A DNA stretch of 64,000 nucleotides, taken from Gekko japonicus (lineage: Eukaryota). The position numbers and the translations under genes were made by a program. The notes beneath the pieces were generated by a model, which saw only the letters and a list, made by a program, of their open reading frames with translations, did no database searches and had not been told where the DNA came from. Each line of letters opens with the position of its first letter. Within the stretch, counting starts at the first letter, position 1. Location of the stretch: NCBI RefSeq assembly GCF_001447785.1, contig NW_015162017.1:109831-173830 (forward strand), written 5' to 3'. Positions 36,721-49,700 of the stretch are shown one piece after another.

Positions 36721-37405
36721 TGTCAGGCCCACCGTGCTGCCCGACCCAGTGGACCCTGATCCCGAGGACTCTGCACCTTCCTCCTCCAAGGAAGAGCTCC
36801 CTGCACCCCTGGATGTAAGTTTTGCAGAGGATGAACACCGGCTGTCAGAAGGGTTCACACCCGGAGCTGCTCCTGCTGAGCCGAGCATCAGCTCCACACC
36901 CCCTGATTCTCCTCCACCTGTAGCTCGTTTATGAGACCAAAGGAGACGGGATTTGACAACCAGGCGTAGAGAAGCATGCGTGGGAGACGTACTCTGAGTC
37001 CAGAGTATTAACTGGTGCCAGGACTCATTAATCACCCAGTAATTAATGACACGGGGAATGGACTTTTAAGGAAGCCCTCTGCACTATTTACCCTGTGCTG
37101 GCAACTGATCGCATGATTACATCGCAGCACCTCTGACTTTGCATTTGGTTTCCTGACTCCCTCGGCTATTTTTGGACTACAGACTGCGTGACATTGTCTT
37201 CTGGGTCCTCGACCCTGGAATTTGTAACTGGACTCTGGACAACGGCTTTACACCTCTAACTATGAAGCTCCGGTAACCCTGAACCTCTGCAAGTAATTTG
37301 ATATCTTGGACTGTGTTTGTTTTATCTGCCTCTCTGGTGCCCTGAACTCTGTCTGTGTTTACTGGATACTCTGTGCCTTGCCTGCCCACTTGGGCAATCA
37401 TGACA
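36721..37405 (+). mobile_element. Probable solo LTR (Gypsy-type)
   Basis: TGTCA...TGACA termini; Pro/acidic frame 36734..36934; repeated tggac motifs; TSD unclear. Confidence 0.65.
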
Positions 37406-37759
37406 CACACACCCCAATTCATACCACTTCTTGCTGATCATTCTTTTGTTAAGTTCATGGCTCAGGATGGTGAGCTTGGGTTGCAAACTGAAATATAAGA
37501 AGACCTTGAGGCTATAGGAATGGGGAAAGATTGAACATTCTGGAAATGTTTCATTTTTTGGAGAGCCCTTCGCAGACAATTTGGGATTTTCACATGCATT
37601 TTAATTATTAATTTTGTTACAGTGGACACACATGACTGTGACATAAGGAGATATTACAATCAAAGTGAGCTGTTTAAATTAATTTATCATTTTGTTGGAA
37701 CCCTTATACCTAATTTAGCTTGAAATTTAACTCTACTATTCATTAACTGAGGGTTTTGC

Positions 37760-40058
37760 ACTTATTTGCACCAATATCTTCTAGATATAGTCTGCCAAGT
37801 CTTTATCTATCTTTGTTTATCACAAAGTTAATCCTGATCCAAACCAATCATACTAAACTATTATCAAAATTAATTAAAACTTAATTACAACATCTTAACA
37901 CAATATTCTGACACCATTAAACACAATTAAACAATTACTCATCCATATTCTAGTCTCTCCTATTATGTTAACAATCATTCCATTAGTCTACCAATTCATT
38001 GTTTTTTAATATAAGTACCAAATATAATCTTGAAATTCTTTAAATATTTTACTTTTACTATCAATTTATTGAGACCATTATACTAATCTTATCTTGGGGA
38101 TTCAAATAATCAGTCAAAATTATACTAAACTATTATTAAAATTAATTACAACTTAACTGCAATATTCTAACATGATTAAACATAATTAAAGATCTTTAAA
38201 CAATTAAACATCCCTATTATTACCAGCACCTTTTATCTCTAGATTACATATAGTTCCGTTTTCTTAAGCACCACTAATTTATAACAGAATTTTTAAAGGT
38301 CATTTTTTCCAGCTAGGCATATGGCAGAAGAAAACCAATCATTCCACCTCCTTATACAACTTATTTTTCCTTCTAAACATCTGTGGTTTACTTGTCTGCC
38401 ACAACATATCTACATGTCTTCTTTCTTTATGTTTACACTGATTTCCTAATCTCCCCTCTCTAGCTTTCACAAACTCTAGTTCCCATATTTTATTGTCTCT
38501 TGAATTTCCAAGCCCGTTGTTTTTTCCTTTTTTTCCCTCCTCTTTTCTTCTCTTTTGGCTTTCAATTGTTGTCTTTTTTTTTTTTTATCTTGGGGATTCA
38601 AATAATCAGTCAAAATCATACTAAACTATTATTAAAATTAATTACAACTTAACTACAATATTCTAACATGATTAAACATAATTAAAGATCTTTAAACAAT
38701 TAAACATCCCTATTATTACCAGCACCTTTTATCTCTAGATTACATATAGTTCCGTTTTCTTAAGCACCACTTAAGAATTTTTAAAGGTCATTTTTTCCAG
38801 CTAGGCATATGGCAGAAGAAAACCAATCATTCCACCTCCTTATACAACTTATTTTTCCTTCTAAACATCTGTGGTTTACTTGTCTGCCACAACATATCTA
38901 CATGTCTTCTTTCTTTATGTTTACACTGATTTCCTAATCTCCCCTCTCTAGCTTTCACAAACTCTAGTTCCCATATTTTATTGTCTCTTGAATTTCCAAG
39001 CCCGTTGTTTTTTCCTTTTTTTCCCTCCTCTTTTCTTCTCTTTCAGCTTTCAATTGTTGTCTTTTTTTTTTTTTTAACAATTCTGACTTTATACGGGGTG
39101 GGGCTTTTTGCATCTTTCTCACTGTTTTAGTTGGAAGACATTGAGTTTCAACATGGTCTTTCTCTTGGAGAAACCCCGGACCTTCTGCTACACCATACCC
39201 ACAGTTCTTCTTATGCTGAACATCCAGGGTTTCTATCAAGATGAACTGATCCTGCTCTTCCTTTTTCTTTGTTTTTACTTGGGTGTTATGTGCTTTTTCA
39301 ATACATTTGCACATGCTTCCTTGCACCGTCTTTGTATCCCTTCTTTCAGGACTCTGAGAAACTGTTCGACCGTCATCTCACCTACCTCCATATTTTCATC
39401 AATTTCCTCCTCCGTCCTCAGTACAAACACCATTTTAATCAATTTCTTCAAACCAATTAATTCAAGTTCCAAAAAACAACCTTCACATTAGCCTATAGAC
39501 TTTCTGCCAGCCATTGTCCATTGTAAATCCTTGCCAATGAACGGAGAAACAAAAACCAAAAAAACCCCAACAGATAACCTGTCATTTCCCCGCAAAAATA
39601 AGCACTAGAAGATATAAAGTCAGCTCCCATATGCCTCCCGCCCGCTATCTTTCTCAAATCTGAGCACATTAAGTTGGGGTAGTTTCATTTTCCTTATCTG
39701 CAATGGACTCCTAACTATATGTACTCACAATTTTCTTATCTTCTTCTTCTGCGTTGCTGTAGTTATTATAAGTTTTAAATCCCAGCGTGGTTAAAATGGA
39801 TGGCTGTGTCTATGTAGAACATGGCGGCCATGTTCTACCCTGCAAACCGCTCCTGCTTCGGGGCAATAATGGACACCCCTCTGCATTTGCCATTTGTGGA
39901 AGGAGCCAAAAATGAGCCCCCTGCTCCAGCCCTCTCTCCAGGAGGGCTGGCCGAACTCTCTTGGTGACCGGGAGGCTCTAAAAGGAGCAGAAAGGAATCG
40001 AGCAGCTTGGAGCAATCCAAAAGTCGCCCGTTATCACGCCGTACTGGAACCGGATCCC
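37760..40058 (-). mobile_element. L1-like element: CpG-rich 5' end, short decayed ORF, AT-rich body, no RT
   Basis: CpG-rich 39780-40058 with aacatggcggccatgtt (YY1-like); decayed K/E-rich frames 38964-39514; 3' boundary approximate. Confidence 0.45.
38089..39075. repeat. 496-bp tandem duplication
   Basis: ttatcttggggattcaaataatcag at 38089 and 38585; copies differ by a few substitutions and one short indel. Confidence 0.92.
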
Positions 40059-40059
40059 T

Positions 40060-41320
40060 CCCTAGCTTCTGAGTCTGAACTCTTCCATCTCTGAGGGGCT
40101 GTTCCCTGGGGCACTCAAGGAGGCAGTGGTATGCCCTCTCTTTAAAAAAACATCCTTGGACCTGGTCGAATTGGCTAATTATCAGCCGGTTTCCAATTTG
40201 CCCTATTTGGGCAAATTAATTGAGAGGGTGGTAGCAATTGAACTGCAGGGTTTTTTGGATGACACCTCTGCATTAGATCCCTTCCAGTCCAGCTTCTGAC
40301 CAGGCCATGGGACGGAGACAGCACTGATCACCCTGACAGAAGATTTTCGGAGGCATCTGGATTGAGGCGGTTCGGCAGTGTTGTTTTTGTTGGACCTGTC
40401 AGTGGTGTTTGACATGGCTGACTACCAACTACTGATCCACCGCCTCACCAACACTGGGATTCAGGGGTCTGCCTTGCAGTGGCTCTCCTCATTCCTTCAG
40501 GGTCGAGGACAAAGAGTAGCCATTGGGGAACAACTGTCCTGAAGGCACCCGCTAGCTTACAGAGTGCCCCAAGGAGCGGTGCTTTCTCTGATGTTATTTA
40601 ACATCTATATGTGCCCCCTTGCCCAGATTGCCCGGAGACATGGGCTAGTGTGTCACCGATATGCCAATGACACCCAGCTCTATCTGTTGTTGGGCTTTCA
40701 GTTTGGCTGTAGTCCGGAAGATCTGGACCAGGCATTGAAAACTCTGCCTGGTTGGCTTAGACTGAGTCAACTGAAATTAAATCCAAGGAAGATGGGGATT
40801 CTGTGCCTGAGTTGGAGCAGTCCAAGAGTAGGGATCCCAGTCCCAACCTTTGATGGGGCACTGTTGGTGCCAGTGCCAGAGGTTAGGAGTTTGGGAGTGC
40901 TTCTAGATGCCTCCTTAATGATGGAGGCCCAGGTAGCAGCCACTGCAATGTCAGCCTTTTATCATCTTTGCCTGATTAGGCAGTTGGTTCCCTTCCTCGA
41001 TGCAATGACCTGGCAACAGTGATCCATTCAACAGTCACCTTGAGATTGGATTACTGTAATGCTGTCTACATGGGGCTGCCCTTGTCCCAAATCTGGAAGC
41101 TGCAGCTGGTGCAGAATGCAGCGGCCAGGCTGTTGTTGGGCCTCCCCATGCAGGAGCACATTCAGCCTGTGCTAAAAACTCTGCACTGGCTGCCTATAGC
41201 ATACCGAATTCAGTTCAAGGTGCTGGTTCTTACCTTTAAAGCCCCAGAGAAGCCAGGCTGGCTGTGACGAGGGCCAGGGCCTTCTCAGTGGTGGCTCCGC
41301 ACTGGTGGAATGAGCCTGCA
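40060..41320 (+). mobile_element. L2 LINE ORF2 RT fragment (decayed)
   Basis: NYQPVSNLPYLGKLIERVV, DPFQS, GHGTETAL, LLDLS, VPQGAVLS, YANDTQLY, RLDYCNA, LQLVQNAAARLL, LHWLP. Confidence 0.92.
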
Positions 41321-43349
41321 AGACACAGCTCTTCCACCAGGCTTTTGAATAGGGAGTCACACCCAATAAACAGAGGCCCTGGCCCCATTATTAACACCAT
41401 CACTGAATACATGTCCCCCAGAGAGCACAATGATCAGGGTCCCAAAATCGTCTGGCCCTTCTGGGTCTCCCAAGTTCTAGTCTGATATTTTTAGGAAAAA
41501 TGTTTTAACAGTAAGATTTGTGCAACAGTGGAACTGTAAGTGACCACAGTAATTGTTTTTTAACTAGTGCATGGCTAAGTTTTTCCTACAGCAATAAACA
41601 TATTGAATAAAGCAAAGCAGAAAAAATAATTCCTGTGACTGTGGGAGCAATCCTAGGCAGGGTTACTCAGAAGTAAGACTCATTTTGTGCAATGCTTACT
41701 CCCAGAAAAGTGCTCTTAGGCTTACAGCTCACATAAAGAAAATGGAAAGGTTCTGGGGTTTTTTTAATGAGTAATGAACGTGAGCTATGTTCCTTTGTTA
41801 GATATCTGAGAGTTAATTGAATCTCTTCACAACATTTCTAGTTCCTGGAAATGTATGACCATACCAAATTACCGTTTTTAGTTTCTTGTACAACCAAAGA
41901 CAATGTAATGATTTGCTTATTGTACAACTGCAAGTAGCTTAAAGGTAAAATAATTAATGTAATTATTGACCAAGCAATTATCCTTCCATGCACTAAACTA
42001 AAGCTCACTGAAAAGGACCTCCATAGAGTGGCTTCTGGAGCTAGGAAATGGATGCAGCTGGAAAAACCTTAATAGATTAATGAACCCTGAGCAACACAAG
42101 GTGATTGTTGTAACAACAAACAAACCTGAAACTAAAGACAGGAACAATGGGCATGGAATGGAGGGAAACTGAATGCATAGACAGAATCTCAGAGCTAAGT
42201 GGGCATGTAGTGGGCAGCAATTAAAAAAAAAATCTTTGAAGATAAAGGAGACTGAGATTTGAGAAGAGTTGATTAAAAGCTATTCAGTGTAAATGCTAAT
42301 TTTTACTGGGAGTGCCGAGTAAGAATCCATGGAGCAAATTGAAATTCTAAATGCTAGGGAATACTAAAAGCCTCAGTGCTGCAGATTCAATTAAGTAGCT
42401 TAGAAACAGACTGTACGTCTCCTGTTTGAGTTCATTTAATCCCCAGCTTCATAGATGTGTGATTTAACAAACATTTTTCTAATGCACATTCAGAGGAAAA
42501 GTTCTCATAGAAGGGTGTCTGGAGGCCAGATGCGTGCTATTTAAAATCAGGTCTTGGCAGGAGACCTGCAAAATGATAAATTGATAAAATTCCAGCATAA
42601 TTCTTAGGTGGCTGTTTTGAATATTGTATTTCACCCATCTTTTACTTGAAGGTATATTAAGCGTGCTCGTATAAAATATGGCTTCCAGTACTTTCCTCCT
42701 TATGCAATGAGACTTTATCTGGCATATTGCAACTTTATATAGAGCTAATGAAGATTTTGCAAGGTTGAGCTATTAGATGGTGAGTCAAGCTTTTAACGGG
42801 TATGTTTGTAACAGCAAAGCTAAATGTGTGGAATTTCTAAACATGTACAGTTTGGTGAAATATAGCTATTATAGCTTTTTGCATACCAGTGACTCAGTAG
42901 CTGTCCAGGATCACTGAATGAAGCAAGTGTTCTGTCTCAGTGCGCCATAGCTGAGTGCATGGCCTAAGATTAAAGACCAGATGGACTATGTAGAAAACAT
43001 AGTAGTAGTAACCAATTTACATAGGAGGGATGCAATTTATAGTGGGTAAGCAATTGCCTTGTAATGTGAATGCTGGGTTGGCTTTACCACATTTTCCATG
43101 AAACAAAAAGGTTGTTCACACCTCTCCCTATACTTAGTTCTTCTGTGAAAGCATGCAGGCAAATTCCATTAACACTAATTGAGTGAGAATCAATCATCAA
43201 TTAAAGACAAAGATGATGGCTTCCAGGTGAGAATTCTCAGCAATGGATTAGACTAATACTTAATTATTCTTTATATTTTAGGTACTTTTTTCCATTAAGA
43301 TTTTTTTTAAAAAATCCTCACACAATTTGTTTAGGAGAGCAAGCAATAG

Positions 43350-43530
43350 GAACACAACATGCTACTTCAATCTTTGTCGCTCTGTTCTCATAATGATCCT
43401 TTGAGGTGGGTTAGGCTGACAGAGTTTGACTGGCCCAAGGTCACCTTTTGCACTTTATGGTTGAACTGGAATTTGAAATTAGATTTCTTCAATCCTAGTC
43501 TAATGCTCTAACTGCTATACCACACTAGCT
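43350..43530 (-). mobile_element. Older CORE SINE
   Basis: gaggtgggttaggctgacagag...tggcccaaggtcacc...taactgctataccacactagct. Confidence 0.6.
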
Positions 43531-44264
43531 CCACGTGCTGCTTTATGTATTAGAAAACTGGTGATTATAGGGGGTTTAAATGTATAAAGATGGTGTGTGG
43601 GTGCTGGGTAGCCATGCTAAATCAGAGCTTCTCTGCAGGTATACACACATTATAAGACATATGTGGACATATATCTCATATTAGGTTCTGCACACTGCTT
43701 TCCTCAAAAACACTATATGAAAATGATTTTCTGTTTTGGAATCTTGACTCACATGAAGTGGCTTTGCCATGCCATATGCAAAGAGTTAGAGGGAAATATA
43801 AAGTGATGTCTGTAACTTTCCAAGAGTTATTTGTTAATGTAGTATTTTTTTTCTTGTTGTGTTGTGCCATAATAAAGTTGTTTTGGTGCACCTGTTTAAT
43901 GTATGTGCCTCTTTTTTGGTTTTTCCACAGCCATATCTAGCCTCTCCTTATTTTGTAATGAGTAACATAAACAGAGGGGGGAAAGCTATAAAGAAAGTTA
44001 ATGCAAGAAAGTACAATGCCCCAAAGTCTTGTAGCTGAACAAGTTCTTAAGTGGAATACCATTTTGGATTACCCAAGAAATGCTCACATCTGTCACTTCA
44101 ACTCAGACCAGGTTGTTTCAAATAGACTGTTTTGTGCTGTTAGATGGAACAATAAGTATTTGACCCAAGTCAGTGTTCAAGGAGAATAAAATTTCTCATA
44201 TATTTATGTTATCTGTGTTTATGTATCGCTTGTTTCATTCTTTTTGTTGTCTTTTTCATTTCTC

Positions 44265-44267
<3 letters not shown>

Positions 44268-44316
<49 letters not shown>
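44268..44316. repeat. (CT)n microsatellite
   Basis: About 24 uninterrupted CT units. Confidence 0.97.
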
Positions 44317-44323
<7 letters not shown>

Positions 44324-44891
44324 CTCCCTCCCCATCTAAAGTTAAGTGTGTTCTCCAAGCCCCACCACACCAGCCAGCTGGCTTATCTCTTTTAATTTTA
44401 ATGGCTTGTCCCCATTTGTCTCTTTAAATGCCTTCTCCAAGTCAAGCCGACATGAGATGTCATTATAATTCCTTGCTGAACATGTTCCTTCAGGGGCTCA
44501 CACCAAGTATCCCATTGTGATCTGTAATAGTATCACTTCAAATATTGGCTAGCAATGTCTTTGTTAGGTTAATGGTTGCAAATGGCTGGTAGATATTAAT
44601 TGTTCAGAGGTTTGCTTAAGTAAACAGAGGAGTTTGAAGAAGGTGACCTCTCCCATTTGAGGGGAGGTGAAAGGTGCATGTTCATGTTTGTGTAAAGTGG
44701 AAGAACAACTGCAACAGTTGATTAAAAACAGTTAATCAGGTTGCATTGATCAACTGAAAGCCTTCAGTGTTTAAACAGAAACTTTGATTCTGGGTGTAGT
44801 TGGGAAACTCAGTGTGCCTAATATTCAGGAGGACCTAGAGTGGAAAACAGAAAGGATCATTGTAAGCGTTGATTTCCAGATGAGTGATTAC

Positions 44892-44907
44892 CAGTCCACT
44901 CGTATCT
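44892..44907 (-). other. Candidate 16-nt microexon of an unidentified host gene
   Basis: tgctaaagcctcttttctccttttcag|AGATACGAGTGGACTG|gtaatc in repeat-free DNA. Confidence 0.3.
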
Positions 44908-46358
44908 CTGAAAAGGAGAAAAGAGGCTTTAGCACCGTATGTAAAAGGAACACATTTTAATAATAATAGACACCTTAAACTAGACGATGAAGATACTAAA
45001 AAATAAATGGAAAACAAACACCATTCTAGCATAACAGCATAATAGTAATAATCTGAATTCCGTTTTTTTTGGGGGGGGGACAAAGAACTTCTGGAGGTAT
45101 GAAGCAAGGCTCATCAGTCATTAAAAAAAAGTCTCCAAAGAGCCCTAAAATTATGAATTCAAACATCCCTACTTTATGTTTTCATTGGGTAGTAGCACTT
45201 TGGTGAGGTCAATTAACACTGAAAGGCCACCTATGTAGATCTGAATCATTCAAAGAAGGCACAGACCTCTCACTCTGTGCTTTATTTATGGGTCCTCAAT
45301 CATTGCAAAATCATTGTAAGTTCTTTGTTTGCATATGAGAAACTGGGGAAAAATGAGTAAAGGAGAACATTAAGCATAGAGAATGGTAGTTTCTTTAACA
45401 AATGAAATGCCTTGCACTGTATATGTGTTATTGCATATCCAAGCTTTCAGTTTCTTAAAATTGAAATCTTAGGAAAAAAGGAAGCAAGCGTGCAAATATG
45501 ACCAGATTCACAATTTAGGACCTTTAGAGCTTCTCGATAAACTTGCTTGAGGCAAAATACAGTAATAACCAAAGAAAATGAAAAACTGGAACTCATCACC
45601 GTTACGGCCCCTTAGTTGAAATTGTGATGCAGAAGTAGCCATTTGCAATATGAAATGACAAGCTGCTAGATTACCGCTATTTTTAAAGGTAACATCTCTA
45701 GTCAAGAGAGGCTATGATCAGGCCACATCTAAAGTAAATGCTGAATATAAACAACCTTTCTTGAGTTGATTTTTTGTCCTTATTGGAAATAGCCTTGTGG
45801 GTAAAATGAAGAGTGACCAGTGATGGTAGCTTCATAATACCCCCCCCCCCCAACTGTGATTATGTTTCCTTTCCTTTTGTGGTTTGGAATGTATTCATTT
45901 TCTTATTGACTCTCGTTTTCACCATTTTCTACTACTATCCAAATTAGCTAATCAGCAATGACAGGTACAGTAACTGCACTCCCCCCCCCATATGTTCAGA
46001 CATAAGAATAAATAGCAAAAGCAAAGATGAAAGACTGGTTTTATTTTTCCAATCCATGCCTCTCAGTGCTTCATTAGTGTATCTTATTAACTTTCTTTTT
46101 AAAAGATCTGGGCCAGTGGAATAACTGGGTTCCCAGTTTGATTGGATCATTATTAATATCAGGAGAAAGCAATTTTAGTAAAGAGATTCTATACTTTAGA
46201 CCTAACCCACAGTAGAGGCTATTTTATTCAGCTTTAAGAAATTATTGTAGCTTTGGTCAAGTCATTGGTTGGTATCCTACCATTTTGCCTTCCTCCAGTT
46301 TACGTACCTCATTCAGCAGAGGGAAAGCCACTTGATGAAGGAAATGTAAAGAAAAATA

Positions 46359-46600
46359 ATTTGTTTTTATACCCCACTTTTCTCTACCATAAAGAATCTC
46401 AAGTTGCTTTACAATTGCCTTCTCTTCCTCTCCCCACAACAGGCAAGTACGCACCTTGTGAGGCAGGTGGGGTTGAGAGAGTTCTGAAAGACTGTGACTG
46501 GCCCAAGGTCATTTAGCAGGCTTCATTTGGAGGAGTGGGGAATCAAACCCAGTTCTCAAGATAAGAGTCTGCTGCTCTTAACCACTACACCATGCTGGCT
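46359..46600 (-). mobile_element. tRNA-CORE SINE (Squam3-like)
   Basis: A box tggtgtagtgg, B box ggtttgattcc, CORE body. Confidence 0.82.
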
Positions 46601-46799
46601 CTTAGTGCTTAAGCTGGGGGAAGGATTCAAACTTTGCTGAGTGGAGTGGGAGGATTCAGGCTGCTCTCTGCCCGCACAGTTCCTGAAGTTTCCAGATATT
46701 ATCTTGTTCATCCTCACGTTACCTCTGTGTAAGACTTTCACTCCAATGGGATGATTCACACATCCATTATCCAAACATCCTCCTTAAAGAGTAGGACAT

Positions 46800-49700
46800 T
46801 GGGCACAACCACCACAGCACTTAAGGTAATATGTAATACCAGTGTTCCAAGAGTCTGATTGAACTGCACAATTCTCCTCAAAAAGGTGTAAGATTTAATG
46901 AACCAAACTCCTATGCTGTTGGTCCAACGATTACCTGTATTTATTTATGTTTGGACATTCTCTAAAGACTGATTAAATGCGCTGACCCAAATGGGAACAC
47001 CATACAATAGCAGGGTTATAGATTTAGCCTTAAATACACAAATAGCTGCAGGGACATGTTGACCACCATTAATGTAAAAGAAATGTGCCACAGCAGACAT
47101 ACTGCAGTTGGCCAAGTTAAGAGCATATTTTTGTTGGGTTGACCAGCTGTTACTATACCAAAAAAAAATTACTCCTAGATAGCTGAACTGCTTTCCTTGT
47201 TCCACGGATTACCCTTGACTCTCCAACAAAAACACTTTCAGACCTTGGGGGGGCACACATAATTTTGCATTTCCCCCAAAAATTAATAGACAATAAATTA
47301 GAGTTGCAATAAGCCACAAGCAGACAATAAGCACTTGAGTCCAGATGTGATAAGAAAAATATCACAGCATCATTGGCATAGTGGAGTATGATAGGGACCA
47401 AGTTTTGGAAAGTGACCAGTCTCAGAACAGGTGCCAGATTGCTCATAAATAAATTAAAAAGACAGGGAGCTGAAATACACCCCTGTTTAACCCCCCTGAT
47501 TTGTGGAGATCTTACTGGTTAATTCACCCTGCAAACCATAATGTACTTGACAGCTAGTTGAAGAGTATAATTTACAAATAAGAAAAGCAATCTCTTATCC
47601 ATCAAGGTCTTTATTAAGTATTGAGATGAGGCAGATCTTTTCATATCAGTATGCTTCTTTATTGAACTTCCAAATCAAAGACACAAGCTCAACAGGAGCC
47701 GATTTATACTTGAAAAACCACACCCACCTTAAACAACAACCACTACCAAGTAGGCAGCCAGAATCCTTCATTTGCATGAACTATATACAGTGTAACTAAT
47801 TAGCTATTGAGTTATAATCAACAAATATGATTGGACGTTACCAGTAACAGAAGCAATAGTCTTGAAGGCTTTTGGAGCCTTGTTCAGACTCAAGCTCCAC
47901 CAGTACATAACACCCCTTCCCCCTAAGTTTGTGATACCCCATTGCAAACAAAGTCTCTAAGGTATGCAAGGGGGATGGAATACCTGCTGTGACCTGTATA
48001 AACCTTAAGTCCCATTGATGGGCACCCTGGCATTGGCAGCGGGCTCTACCCTGCTAGCAGGAGTGGAGGAACTACCTGGAATCGATGGAGTTTGTGGACT
48101 GCTCAGTGCTGTTGGACAATCCTTGCTTAGCTTGGCCTCAGAGATAATTGAGAGTGGAGACCCAGAGTCCACCTCCATTTCACAAGGGTTGAGTTCAGTC
48201 AGTACAGTCACTCTGATCTTCTCACAAGTCTGTAACACGGCACCTTGTCTAATGATTCCAAGCTGAATGGTGGACTTGGTCCGGGTTTGAACCACTATAT
48301 GGCACACCTCTGGGCACAAAGACCTCTTTGGAGCCGTCGATGATCAACAACAAGACATCTGTGGGCTGTTGTATTTTGCTGATCAACCGATACTGGCAAT
48401 ATGGCCAGTCTTGCTGCAAGCTTATGGCACGCCTCTGGGCACAAAGACCCCGGTGATGATCAGCAACAAGGCATCTGTGGGCTGTTGTTGTATTTTGCTG
48501 ATCAACCGATGCTGGCAATATGGCCAGTCTTGCTGCAAGCTCGGCACTTGGCGTCCCGGAATTGACACATTTTCCTTGCATGAGAACTGCCACAGCCAGT
48601 ACAAGGCGTTCCCTTAAAATTTCTTGGTTCCCACTTGTGTTGCTCCACTCTTGTCCTCAGGACCTCCTCGTCCTTATTGGTGTCCTCTGTCATGGCTTCC
48701 CAGTGAACTGTCTTGGCTTTTCGGGTGGTAGCTGGACTCCTTGACTGCTGAACTTCCCTGGTGGATTGGTTGGCTGCTTCCACAGTAAGGGCCTCTTCTA
48801 GTGTGGTCTTGAAGTTGAAGACGTTCTTGACAAAGAGCTGCTGCTGGAGTTTGTTGTCCCATAGGCCACAGAAAAGGCAATCCCTTAGGGCGGTTGGTTG
48901 GCTGCTTCCACAGTAAGGGCTTCTTCTAGTGTGGCCTCGAAGTTGAGGACCTTCTCGACAAAGAGCCGCTGTTGGAGTTTGTCATCCCACAGGCCACAGA
49001 AAAGGCAATCCCTTAGGGCGATCTCAAGGTTGGAGAAGTTACAGTGTTGGGCCGCCTAGCATAGGGTGGTGATGAAGGCAGTCACTGTCTCACCCTGGGC
49101 CTGATCATGTTTGAATAATGTCTGACAGCAAGCAATCTCCAAAGGCTGTGGCAAAAAAAAAGGTCCTTCAGACGCTGCTTGATCATGCTGAATGGGGTGT
49201 CTTTGAGTTGAGCCGGGGCCACCAAAGCCCAGGCGACCTTGAATGTGGGTCAGCAACAGACGCTGAAGAATGTTGCATGCTGCTTTTTGTCTCCTTCTAT
49301 CTCATTGGCTGTGGGATATAATTTGAATCAGGCCTAATAGGCATCCCAATCCTCAATTGCCACATAAAAGATTTGATGTGGCTCTTGGTGGCCATGATCG
49401 TGGTTGAGAGTTAATGATTTCAGTGAGCGATTTCAGCTTGGGGTGAGTGATTTCAGCGGGTGATTTCAGCTTTGGGTGAGCCTATGGTTGCTGGCATCTC
49501 ATCCTCATTGCCAGTATTGAGACAAGGCAGCTCTTTTCATAACAACATGCTTCTTTATTGAACTTCCGAACCAAAGACACAGGCTCAACAGGAGTCAATT
49601 TATACTTGTAAAAGCCACACCCACTTTAAACAACAACCAATACCAAGTAGGCAGCCAGAATCCTTCATTTGCATGAACTATATACAATGTAACTAATGAC

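Noticed and set aside
36313-37035. 240-aa minus-strand ORF
   Set aside because: Chance read-through across an LTR, unique DNA and the BovB 5' UTR.
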